A stretch of DNA of 64,000 bases, taken from positions 96,001 to 160,000 of the forward strand of contig CBDAFS010000031.1 of NCBI GenBank assembly GCA_965195285.1, written 5' to 3'. This stretch comes from an uncultured Aminicenantes bacterium (lineage in GTDB: Bacteria; Acidobacteriota; Aminicenantia; UBA2199). The notes below the pieces were generated by a model that worked only from the letters and a program-made list of their open reading frames with translations, had not been told where the DNA came from and did no database searches. Of this stretch, positions 9,343 to 18,476 are shown piece after piece. A program made the translations under genes and the position numbers. Numbering within the stretch: position 1 is the first letter of the stretch; the number at the start of each line of letters is the position of its first letter.

Positions 9343-9597
9343 ATGAGAAGAAAGGAAATTATTGAAAAAGAATATTATAGAGTTCATAAGGATCATGTTT
9401 TTTTCAATGGTTTTTTTACCCGGGAGAAACTGATAGTCTTGATCGATTTAAAGGAAAAAGAAGGCTGGAGTTATATGGGGGACAAGGATATTCTTAAAAT
9501 CGGCAGTTTTGGAATGGGTCTGGGGGATTCAGATATTTATCATCCCAGGATCGTGGCGGTTTTCGAGCGGAACCCTGTTCTACCTGAAACCAGATAG
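9343..9597 (+). CDS. Small DUF4177-like protein
   Basis: Pattern KEYY...KL...KEGWSY...AVFER resembles DUF4177 (EYK...eGWELV...FKR); lies downstream of the sigma-54 promoter. Confidence 0.55.
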   Translation: MRRKEIIEKEYYRVHKDHVFFNGFFTREKLIVLIDLKEKEGWSYMGDKDILKIGSFGMGLGDSDIYHPRIVAVFERNPVLPETR

Positions 9598-9618
9598 AAA
9601 TGATTTTTGAACTATTTT

Positions 9619-9999
9619 TCAAATTCTCTTTTCCTTAAGATATTCATAAACCCGACGCAAGGCTGAACCGCCTTCATAACTGCGCTGGCCGGAGGGATCG
9701 TAAATAATGAAATAGGGTATACTTCTGAGATTATATTGCCGGGCAGCCGGTGAGTTCCAGTCAATACCCTGGATGTTTTTCCGGTTGATATCGATTTTAA
9801 TCACCTCAATATCGTCATTCAATTCATCCAGGCGCTCCAACCGGGGAGAAATTTTCAGGCATGGCCCGCAATACTTGCTGTAGAAATCAAATATAGTGAT
9901 TTTCCCCGGTGCCAACAGGTCTTCCAGGTCTATCCTTTCACCGGGTTGATATGAACCGGATGTTTGGTTCGGATTAAGGATAAATACGATAGTTTGCAT
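9619..9999 (-). CDS. Thioredoxin family protein
   Basis: FDFYSKYCGPC active site, IKIDIN, cis-Pro SIPYF. Confidence 0.85.
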   Translation of the reverse strand: MQTIVFILNPNQTSGSYQPGERIDLEDLLAPGKITIFDFYSKYCGPCLKISPRLERLDELNDDIEVIKIDINRKNIQGIDWNSPAARQYNLRSIPYFIIYDPSGQRSYEGGSALRRVYEYLKEKRI

Positions 10000-10034
10000 C
10001 CATTTTCGGTGCCTGTGTTATAATGAAGGACGAA

Positions 10035-10517
10035 ATGCGAAGAAAGGAAAAGGAAATAAAAAACATTAATGAAATTAAAAAGATCCTGGGTTCTACCCAA
10101 TATATCACCGTGGCCATGTGTGAGAAAAACCGCCCTTATCTGGTCACTTTAAGTCATGGTTTTGATGCAGAGAAGAACTGTTTGTATTTCCACTGCGCTT
10201 CAGCAGGGAAGAAAATGGATATCCTAAAATCCAATTCCCAGGTATGGGGGCAGGCCATTATGGATATGGGTTATGCAGATGATCAATGTGATCATCTTTT
10301 TGTTTCGGTGCATTTTGAGGGCCGGGTGATTTTCCTGGAAAGCATTCCGGAAAAAAAGCAGGCCTTGGGGATCATGATCAAACAGCTGGAAAAAAATCCC
10401 GACCGGGTGATGTCCGAGCAATTGGGTGAAGAGGCGCTTAAAAAAGTGGTTATCGGAAAGATTGAAATCGAGAGGGTTTATGCTAAAAAATCCGAAAAGG
10501 TGGTCGTATCCCTTTAA
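10035..10517 (+). CDS. Pyridoxamine 5'-phosphate oxidase/NimA-like flavin-binding protein
   Basis: MRRKEKEI start typical of the family, PYLVTLSHG, LYFHCASAGKKMDIL; extended -10 TGtTATAAT at 10016-10024 favours ATG 10035 over 10023. Confidence 0.85.
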   Translation: MRRKEKEIKNINEIKKILGSTQYITVAMCEKNRPYLVTLSHGFDAEKNCLYFHCASAGKKMDILKSNSQVWGQAIMDMGYADDQCDHLFVSVHFEGRVIFLESIPEKKQALGIMIKQLEKNPDRVMSEQLGEEALKKVVIGKIEIERVYAKKSEKVVVSL

Positions 10518-10591
10518 ATATTGACTGATCCCGGTGTCCTGGCCACTACCCGGCAATTGTTGCGGTGGTGGTTGCGGGTTTTTAGGCTACA

Positions 10592-11392
10592 TTAAAATTC
10601 CAGAATTTTTCCGGTCCCCATTTTGATAAAATTCCGGCCGTAGGCCTTTTTGAACATCTCGATTTGTTTTTTACCGGTACAGTGAGTGGGACCCACTTTT
10701 TTGACTCCCATAAGTTTGAATTGTTCGATGATTTTTTGCATTTGTTGTTCGGTTTTTTGCATCAGGTGGAAGCCTCCGAAAACCGTGTGTATATCTTTTC
10801 CCAGGATATGTTTGGCTTTTCTGATGATGCTTAAAATCCCCGGGTGGGAACAGCCGGTAATTAAAATACCACCACTGTCAGTATCCATGATCAATGAGAG
10901 TTCCGGGATGCGGTCTCCCAGCTGACCGGTCAGGTAAATGTTTCTGCCGATTTTAACGGGATTGGAAACGGCTATGGCTTTGGCTCCGTGATTTTTTACC
11001 CTCTGGTAAAAGTCATCCGGGAAAGCATGGGGCATATAGACCGTTACCTGGTGGTTTCGCTTGAGGAGTTCAAACAAGCCGCCGGTATGATCGCCATGCT
11101 GGTGGGATAACACTATCAGTTTCACTTCTTGGGGATTGACCTTCAATTGCTTGATATTATGAAACAGTATCTCCGGTTTGGTGCCGGTATCAAATAAGAT
11201 GGTTTTTTCAATACCCTTGATCAGGCAGGAAAATCCCCAGTCCGCTCGGGTCCCCTCGGTATAAACATAATTGTCATACAATATGGTAACCGTTGGACCG
11301 GTTGTCTCGGTTCCCTGGGCTGGAATGAAACCCAGCATTAATAAGATTGGACCAAAAAAAGCAAAAAAACTGGTCATGTTTATCTCCTGCAT
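10592..11392 (-). CDS. MBL-fold metallo-hydrolase with signal peptide
   Basis: ILYDN, WGFSCLI, LFDTG, SHQHGDHTGG (HxHxDH), ITGCSHPG, GGFHL, PTHCTG. Confidence 0.9.
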   Translation of the reverse strand: MQEINMTSFFAFFGPILLMLGFIPAQGTETTGPTVTILYDNYVYTEGTRADWGFSCLIKGIEKTILFDTGTKPEILFHNIKQLKVNPQEVKLIVLSHQHGDHTGGLFELLKRNHQVTVYMPHAFPDDFYQRVKNHGAKAIAVSNPVKIGRNIYLTGQLGDRIPELSLIMDTDSGGILITGCSHPGILSIIRKAKHILGKDIHTVFGGFHLMQKTEQQMQKIIEQFKLMGVKKVGPTHCTGKKQIEMFKKAYGRNFIKMGTGKILEF

Positions 11393-11432
11393 TGTAACTT
11401 GACTTGTATGATGTCACTCTCGGCAATCGCAC

Positions 11433-12755
11433 TCAGGCGAAAGAAAGTCTTTCATGGGTCAGGCACAACAATCCCTGGATGGGGACTTCATAGGGGCAGG
11501 CTTTTTCACAGAAACCGGAACAGTCACTGCAGACATCAGCCTTTTTTCCGCTTAAGTGAAAATATTTTGAAAGCGCAACCTTTTCCTGTCCCTGGGCTTC
11601 GAAATAGTGGTTGTATCGCATGATGGTATTTACCGGAACTTGGTGGGGACAGCTGGATTCGCATATGCCACAGGCGTGCCGGCAGTAGAATTTTCCAGGG
11701 CCCCGGGTGAAAGCGGCCAGTTTTCTGGCTTCTTCGGCCGATAAGGGGGTACCGGAAGCTTCCAGAAATTGTTCCGCATCCTCAAATGAGGCTGTGCGGG
11801 CCAAAACGGTGGAAACGTCCGGATTTGACAGTACATAGCGGGTGGAAGCAATACGGATTTCGGTCGGATTGGTCAATTTGAATTTGTTAATAAACCATTC
11901 GCCCTGCTCGGCTGTTTTCTTAAGGTTTTCAAAGTAATCTTCCATTCTTTTCAAGCGTTCCGGATCCTGATCCTGTTTTGATTTCATTTCCTCGATCCGC
12001 TCTTTCATAGAGAGATAGCGTCCCACCGGATTGGTTTTCATCAGGGTCACCCCGATTTTTTTCTCCCCACAAACCGCAATCACCCGTTCAGCCATTTCCT
12101 GCTGGATGAAATTATAAACCAGCAACATTACGGAAAAGCGGCCGTCCCGGGAAGCTGCCAATAGAATCTTGTCCATGGGCTCACCTTCCCGCCCATGTCT
12201 TGCCCCGTGGCTGGATATGCCGATGAATTTTAGCTTGCCCTGTTCTTTCAATTGCTGGCAGGCCTGAAAAAAGGGTTCATAGGCCACCAGCTCAGTAGAG
12301 GAGGGATTATGGGTCATCAGGCAGTCGACATAGGGGGTGTCCAGCCGTTTCAGACATTGCTCCGCTCTTTTGAGTATGGATTCCCGGCTCTCGTTTTCCT
12401 TGATATGCAATTTGGTATTGATAAAAAGCGACTCCCTTTTAAAACTTTTGATGGCCTGCCCCATGCTGATTTCCGATTTACCCCGGCCGTAACTCTCGGC
12501 GGTGTCAATATAATTGACACCGGCCTCCAGCATGGCTTTAATGACTTCCACATTTGAAACCCCTCCCAGGGAGACATCTGATATTTTGAATCCGGTCTGA
12601 CCCAGGGGGCGAAATGATTTTATTTTGCCCAGGGAAGGAGTGGGATCTTCAGCAGCATCGAGTTTGATGTTTTTCCCGGCAAGACTGACTCCCATAACTC
12701 CCAGGGCAGAATTTTTCATGAATTGTCTGCGATTTATACCCTTTTTTTCAATCAT
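11433..12755 (-). CDS. Aldo/keto reductase with Tat signal and C-terminal 4Fe-4S dicluster domain
   Basis: NRRQFMK twin-arginine, NYIDTAESYG, CRHACGICESSCP and CSDCSGFCEKACP. Confidence 0.9.
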   Translation of the reverse strand: MIEKKGINRRQFMKNSALGVMGVSLAGKNIKLDAAEDPTPSLGKIKSFRPLGQTGFKISDVSLGGVSNVEVIKAMLEAGVNYIDTAESYGRGKSEISMGQAIKSFKRESLFINTKLHIKENESRESILKRAEQCLKRLDTPYVDCLMTHNPSSTELVAYEPFFQACQQLKEQGKLKFIGISSHGARHGREGEPMDKILLAASRDGRFSVMLLVYNFIQQEMAERVIAVCGEKKIGVTLMKTNPVGRYLSMKERIEEMKSKQDQDPERLKRMEDYFENLKKTAEQGEWFINKFKLTNPTEIRIASTRYVLSNPDVSTVLARTASFEDAEQFLEASGTPLSAEEARKLAAFTRGPGKFYCRHACGICESSCPHQVPVNTIMRYNHYFEAQGQEKVALSKYFHLSGKKADVCSDCSGFCEKACPYEVPIQGLLCLTHERLSFA

Positions 12756-12909
12756 TTTTACCTCCGATCACCGATTTTATTTATTTTATATCATACTGAC
12801 ATTTTTATTAAAAGTGATACGGGGATGATTTTGTTGTTAACTTTTACGGGTGTTGAGCCGTTATGGGATATGAGATCCTGGGTTCTATCAATATCATTTT
12901 GGAGGAAAC

Positions 12910-13342
12910 ATGAAAAAAATAATACTCTTTCTTATGTTGATGTTATTCATATTCTTGATTTTCCCGCGGAAAATCGGTGATCTGACCGAGGTTTTGAAAC
13001 CGGATAATATCAGTATTTTTCAGCAAGACCTGTTTGTGGCCGAAGGTTTCACTTTTTATATTTACTCGATTGAGAATATTCACCTGAAGAAAAAATTCAG
13101 CAGAAAGGGGGAGGGTCCAGACTTTCAGAAAAAAACAGGGTAAGGAGGAATATATTATCATGGATTTATCAGGGAAAATTTAAAAGACGGTCTATATCCC
13201 CTGCAAAGTGAAGGTGTCGCTCATGCCCCAGATAATGGGGGTGAAACTGTATGCCATCCACAACCAGAATCTTTTCTATATCAATGAAAATGAGGTCGAT
13301 GAAACCTGGGAACTGCACGCAGAGAATATGCTCAGGGAATAA
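12910..13342 (+). pseudogene. Internally deleted, frameshifted 6-bladed beta-propeller family gene
   Basis: N-terminal signal plus KKFSRKGEGP joined directly to a C-terminal piece in another frame (QTFRKKQGKEEYIIMDLSGKI*KTVY...YAIHNQNLFYINENEVDETWELH) containing an in-frame TAA. Confidence 0.7.
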
Positions 13343-14039
13343 GTCCGTTCCAAAAATCATTGAGGTTGTGCAGGCTTTGTTTTCGTTCGGCGGATATTTT
13401 TTCTACGGGGTGTCGAACAAATTTCTGAAAATTCTCTGATTTGATCGTTTGGCTTAAACGGGTTTGACCATCTTTACCGTTGTAATCGGCCAGTTTTATG
13501 ATTTTTACAGCGGCATGGTTGATGGCCAACCAGAACACATCATTGTCCGGATGAAGGTCAGGTCTTGTCTTCAGGCAATTGAGCAGTTCCAGCAATGTAT
13601 TGTTTATGCTTTCCAGTTTCAAATTGAAAAAATCACTTTCAACTTTTTCCCCTGCCGACACCAGTATTCCCAGTCTGGCTATCCGATCGATAAATGATTC
13701 CAGTTCCTCAATACATAAGGGAACCTGAAATTTTCCTCTCTCCTCTTCTTTGAAATAGGCTTGAGCCGGGGATACATTGGAGAGTTCCATGGGCCTGAAA
13801 AAATCCGAACACTGCCAATTCAAGCGTCGGTCATGAAATCCGCGCCAAAGGTGAATGACAACCGCATACCATCGGATATGTATGTTTCCATTTTCAGCCA
13901 CGTTATTCAGGTGGGAAAAAATACTCTGTATAACTTCATATTCTTTTCCATTTTCGCCGTGGTATCGGTATTTATTGAGGGTATGATTGAGCAACTCCTC
14001 GATCCGGAGCTCAAATTTCAGGTGTGAATATGCTTGCAT
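13332..14039 (-). CDS. Hypothetical protein
   Basis: 235-aa ORF co-oriented directly downstream of the PilZ gene; no motif recognised. Confidence 0.65.
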   Translation of the reverse strand: MQAYSHLKFELRIEELLNHTLNKYRYHGENGKEYEVIQSIFSHLNNVAENGNIHIRWYAVVIHLWRGFHDRRLNWQCSDFFRPMELSNVSPAQAYFKEEERGKFQVPLCIEELESFIDRIARLGILVSAGEKVESDFFNLKLESINNTLLELLNCLKTRPDLHPDNDVFWLAINHAAVKIIKLADYNGKDGQTRLSQTIKSENFQKFVRHPVEKISAERKQSLHNLNDFWNGLIP

Positions 14040-14088
14040 TATGTTGTTTCAGGTTCTGGAAATTCGGGGCAAAAGTCGGAGATTCGAT

Positions 14089-14433
14089 TCACTGAATCAT
14101 CTGAGCTGAGTATTTCAGGTACTCGATATAGTTCAGGTATTCAGCTGGTGCTTCGGTAAGCTTTATTCCGATGCCCTGGATGGATTTTTTTGTGGTCTTT
14201 ATGGGCAGGTTCTTGATCCAGGCGATTTCCCCTCTCAATTGGTAAAGGCTCCTCTCAACTGCTGCAATGATGGATAATTCCTGGTCTATGGATGATTTGA
14301 TATCAATGGCCTCAATATACATTCCATTTTTTGATATGTTCTGGGTGATTCCGGAAAATACCTGGCCATTATATTTTACATTGATGGTCAGGCAATAATT
14401 TAGCCTGAGCTCACCTCTATGATTTGAAATCAT
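14089..14433 (-). CDS. Stand-alone PilZ domain protein (c-di-GMP receptor)
   Basis: RGELR (RxxxR) and NISKNG (D/NxSxxG), GEIAW...GIGIK. Confidence 0.85.
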   Translation of the reverse strand: MISNHRGELRLNYCLTINVKYNGQVFSGITQNISKNGMYIEAIDIKSSIDQELSIIAAVERSLYQLRGEIAWIKNLPIKTTKKSIQGIGIKLTEAPAEYLNYIEYLKYSAQMIQ

Positions 14434-14478
14434 TTTTCTTTCACTTTTAAGTTATTTTACAGATCAACACTTTATTTT

Positions 14479-14494
14479 AGCAATTTTGATGCCT
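14479..14494 (-). promoter_or_regulatory. Sigma-54 promoter upstream of the PilZ gene
   Basis: Minus strand reads AGGCATCAAAATTGCT (GG-N10-GC), 46 nt before the ATG. Confidence 0.6.
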
Positions 14495-14896
14495 TTTGAA
14501 AGATTTTTTACCTAAAAAGGATTGGAATAAAGTCAGATTGTCATAATGATGATTATAAGATAATCGAGAACCCTACAATCAATTGAATCGCTTGGTTATG
14601 AAGCGGGTTTGTTAAAAACCGGAATGATTTTTTGGAGTAATATTTACACACATGAGAATGTAAATTCACAATGAACCATGACCCATTCAAAACGAATAAC
14701 CAATTTTTTAAATAGAGAAACGAGGATGAATGTTTGGGTTTCTGGATTACAAATTTTCTTTTTTATTAAAATTTATTTGAATTTTATTCCAATTCAAAGT
14801 ATACTCTCTGTCATTAAGTTCTATTGGCTTTATGATTGATTTTGAAAATACTTCCAATGATTTGGATGATTGAAAAAAAAGAGTAGACGCTATACC

Positions 14897-15367
14897 ATGA
14901 AACTAAGTGAGATACTGAACAAGAATTTGATTTGTTTTTCAGAATTAGAGAAAAAACAGGATAATTTGGAAGTGTTACTCCAGATGATCGAGAAGAAAAA
15001 TCTGGTTGAAGACAAAAATAAATTAAGGGAATCTATTTTTGAGCGAGAAGATCTTATGAGCACCGGAATAGGACTTGGAATTGCTATCCCTCATGTCAGG
15101 ATTAAAGGAGTTGATGATATTCTTATTTCAATTCTGATAAACAAAAAAGGCATAAAAGACTATGATTCTTTAGACGGATTACCGGTCAAAATTATAATTA
15201 TGATTGTTGCCGGTGATGAGCAGCATAGAGACTATTTGATTGTACTTTCGCGAATTGTTAAGATGCTGAAAAAAGATTTTATCAGAAAGAGTATAGTAGA
15301 ATCCATAACAGAAGAAGAGGTTATTGAACTTATTTCAGAGAATTTAAATTCTGATCCGTTGAAATAA
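14897..15367 (+). CDS. PTS EIIA (Ntr/Fru-type) domain protein
   Basis: ERE..MSTGIGLGIAIPHVR with phospho-His; start MKLSEIL. Confidence 0.9.
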   Translation: MKLSEILNKNLICFSELEKKQDNLEVLLQMIEKKNLVEDKNKLRESIFEREDLMSTGIGLGIAIPHVRIKGVDDILISILINKKGIKDYDSLDGLPVKIIIMIVAGDEQHRDYLIVLSRIVKMLKKDFIRKSIVESITEEEVIELISENLNSDPLK

Positions 15368-15603
15368 ATTTTTTTAATAAAAAATGGGTGACATTCGGAT
15401 CAATAAGGAAAAAGAACAGTCACTTCTGAGTTTGAATAGATGATGAGGTCAATCAGTGGATTTTGATACAATACTTGGTTTGATTTTAATCTTTGGCGGG
15501 ATTTTTTTTATTACTTATTTGTTTTTATGGAGTTGCAAAACCATTAATATTATTTCGAAAGACAACCTCCGTTCACTTCGAGAGATCCTGAATCGATTAC
15601 GAA

Positions 15604-17871
15604 ATGGCCGATAGAGATTCTATCCAATCAGAACTATCTCGTGAATTAAATCTATTCCATATTACCATGATGGGATTGGGTATGATGATCGGTGCCGGTG
15701 TATTTTTGGGTGTAGGAAATGCCATTTATGTGGCTGGCCCCGGAGGAGTGGTTTTAACTTTTTTATTAAATGGTGTCATTGCTCTATTTACAGCCGCATC
15801 TTATGCTGAATTGAGTTCAGCAATACCCCATGCGGGTGGTGCATATAACTATGCCAGAGTTGGATTTGGCAAAGGTCCAAGTTTTGTTGCTGGTTGGATG
15901 GAGTGGTTCGCATCCAGCGTAGCCGGAAGTTTATATGCGGTCACTTTTTCTATTTATACGGTTCGATACCTGAGTGTTCTGGGTCTGTTATCCTGGTTGC
16001 CTTTTCCCACAATAATCACAGAAAAGATAATGGCTATACTGGTGGCTCTATTATTCATATACATTAATTATTGGGGTGCATCGAAAACCGGAAAAATCGG
16101 AGCTTTATTCACATTAGGACAAACTATATTTTTGATATTGATAGGACTGATTGGTGTAATCGTTGCCATTAAAGATCCTTCTCGTTTGCAGAATTTTCAA
16201 CCTTTTCTCCCCAAAGGGTGGGCAAAATTATTGGTTACCATGGGATTTACTTATGTTGCTTTCGAGGGTTTTGAGGTGATTGCTCAAGCAGGAGATGAAA
16301 CCATTGAGCCAAGAAAAAATTTACCCAAAGCCATGTTATATTCCGTATTTATTGTTACCATAATCTATATGATAGTTGCATTCGCAACAGTTATAGCAGT
16401 AAAAGCCGGTGACCCGGGAATCAATGTTGCTCCCTGGCAATGGATCGGTGGTTTCAAAGAAAGAGGTTTTGGAGAGGCCATTTCCCGATTATTGCCAATG
16501 GGAAATTTCCTGTTGACGCTGGCGGTTATTTTTGCTTCAACTTCAGCTCTGAATTCTACTATCTATTCAGCTACCAGGGCGTTGTATGCTCTGGGACGTG
16601 ATCGCATGGTATCTCCATTTTTTGCCAAAATTTCAAAAAAGCGAAAAACTCCCTGGGCGGCTTTACTGGGTACAGCAATTCTACTTATTATTGTAGCTAC
16701 CGTGTTACCGACTATGGATGTTGCCTCCAGTGCCAGCATGATGTTTTTGATTTTGTTTTTTTTGGTTAATATATGTGTGATCAGAGTCAGATGGCATATC
16801 GGAGATGAATTAACCTATGGTTTTGTTATGCCATTGTTTCCATTGTTTCCATTGCTTGCCATTATTTGCCAGGCTGTATTAATTTTCTGGATGATACACA
16901 TGAGTATTATTGCTTGGATAATTGCTCCATTGTGGATTATTTCTGGTGTGTTGATATTCAGATTGTATTCAAAAAAGCATGCCATAGCCACAGCGGATGA
17001 AATTCAGGTACTGGAAGAAGAGGAAGCCCCTGCTGGTGAGGAATACCGGATCATGGTTGCTGTTGCCCATCCCAAGAATGCCATTGAAATGATGAAGACA
17101 ACTTATAAGCTGAGTACTGCAAAAAAGGCCAGGATCGAGCTCATCCATATGGTTCCCGTACCGGAACAGGTTCCCCTGACTGCAGCCAGAGATTATATGT
17201 GGGAGGGCAAGGAAGCTATTGTCGAGAGCATGATGTATCTGGAACCGTTATTCCAAATCAGTTCAACCATTCGTTATTGTCGAAATATTTCTCGTGGCAT
17301 TGTGACGGCTGCCCGGGAAAAAAAAGTAAACATGTTGATAACAGGCTGGCATGGTCGTCGACGTACCCATGATTTCATATTCGGAAGCACCATTGATCCC
17401 ATTATGGAGCGGTCGCCCTGCAATGTGGTAGTATTAAAGGGCGGGAAAATTGATTCTTATCAGAAAATTTTATTACCTCTGGCTGGAGGCCCGAACGGGC
17501 CATTTGCTCTGGAAGTGGCCAGTCTTCTGGTTGATACAGATGGAAAGATCACACTGCTCTATGTATATAACGCAGAAACTGAAAAAAGGAAGTTTGATGT
17601 TTATCTGTTTTTAAAAGAATATTCTCAGAAGTATCATCTGGCATCAGAGAGAATCGAAGTGAAAATAGTCAAAAATGATAATATTGAAAAAGCAGTATTA
17701 AAAGAAGCGGAAAATTACGATCTGCTCATTCTCGGAACCACCCGAAAACCTCTTCTGGCCCAGCTGGGAAAGGAGTCAATCCCGGAAATTATCTCCCGGA
17801 AATGCTCAAAACCATTGATTATGGTGCATGCGGCAACCGGAATTCAATCCTGGATCAAACGATTAATATAA
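15604..17871 (+). CDS. APC family amino-acid permease with C-terminal universal-stress (USP) domains
   Basis: GMMIGAGVF, YAELSSAIPHAGGAY, YVAFEGFE, about 12 TM helices; C-terminal IMVAVAHP...FGSTIDPIMERSPCNV, ILLPLAGGPN. Confidence 0.9.
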   Translation: MADRDSIQSELSRELNLFHITMMGLGMMIGAGVFLGVGNAIYVAGPGGVVLTFLLNGVIALFTAASYAELSSAIPHAGGAYNYARVGFGKGPSFVAGWMEWFASSVAGSLYAVTFSIYTVRYLSVLGLLSWLPFPTIITEKIMAILVALLFIYINYWGASKTGKIGALFTLGQTIFLILIGLIGVIVAIKDPSRLQNFQPFLPKGWAKLLVTMGFTYVAFEGFEVIAQAGDETIEPRKNLPKAMLYSVFIVTIIYMIVAFATVIAVKAGDPGINVAPWQWIGGFKERGFGEAISRLLPMGNFLLTLAVIFASTSALNSTIYSATRALYALGRDRMVSPFFAKISKKRKTPWAALLGTAILLIIVATVLPTMDVASSASMMFLILFFLVNICVIRVRWHIGDELTYGFVMPLFPLFPLLAIICQAVLIFWMIHMSIIAWIIAPLWIISGVLIFRLYSKKHAIATADEIQVLEEEEAPAGEEYRIMVAVAHPKNAIEMMKTTYKLSTAKKARIELIHMVPVPEQVPLTAARDYMWEGKEAIVESMMYLEPLFQISSTIRYCRNISRGIVTAAREKKVNMLITGWHGRRRTHDFIFGSTIDPIMERSPCNVVVLKGGKIDSYQKILLPLAGGPNGPFALEVASLLVDTDGKITLLYVYNAETEKRKFDVYLFLKEYSQKYHLASERIEVKIVKNDNIEKAVLKEAENYDLLILGTTRKPLLAQLGKESIPEIISRKCSKPLIMVHAATGIQSWIKRLI

Positions 17872-17906
17872 ACCTGTGATTGTGATTGGGAACGGTGGAT
17901 CTATAT

Positions 17907-18347
17907 TTAATGCGCCGTCTCCACTCCTTTTTTAATCCTGACTGCTTCAAAATACAGTTGTCGGGGATTGCGCTGGGAAAACACTTTGAACCAGTCTTTG
18001 CCAATGAATTTAATCATAGAGGTGGAAAAGGTAACCGGTCTTCCGTTTTTATAGATTCCCCGGCATAAATAGGACTTGTTGTATTTTTTTATCTTTAAAA
18101 CGGCATAGATGTATTCCCGGCTCAATGGTTTTTGAGATGTTTTATATTGATAGAACTTGAAACCATAGAATTTCCTGACAAATTGCTTGGAATACTCAAA
18201 TGTATAATTGCTGTCCTGAATTTTCCAGGTTCCCAGGATTAGTTTTGCGGTCTCCGGATCCGGTTCTGCAACTTCCATGAAACTCTCAGCCAGGATCATG
18301 GTGGTTGAGAGCAACACCATCATAAAGAGAAAATTGATTTTTTTCAT
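17907..18347 (-). CDS. Secreted hypothetical protein
   Basis: Signal peptide MKKINFLFMMVLLSTTMILA; LILGTWK lipocalin-like start motif. Confidence 0.7.
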   Translation of the reverse strand: MKKINFLFMMVLLSTTMILAESFMEVAEPDPETAKLILGTWKIQDSNYTFEYSKQFVRKFYGFKFYQYKTSQKPLSREYIYAVLKIKKYNKSYLCRGIYKNGRPVTFSTSMIKFIGKDWFKVFSQRNPRQLYFEAVRIKKGVETAH

Positions 18348-18476
18348 GCTATTCCTTTATACTCTTTTATACTGGAGTTTCTATGAAAAAGTCTTTTAAG
18401 TTTAATTTTTATTTTATCACATTCTTCACTTTTTTTTACTTTTCTGTTATTAAGAGAGAAGAAATCGGAGGAATTC

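Noticed and set aside
10541-10585. Imperfect hairpin between convergent genes
   Set aside because: Plausibly an ordinary bidirectional terminator, but the pairing is too imperfect to call
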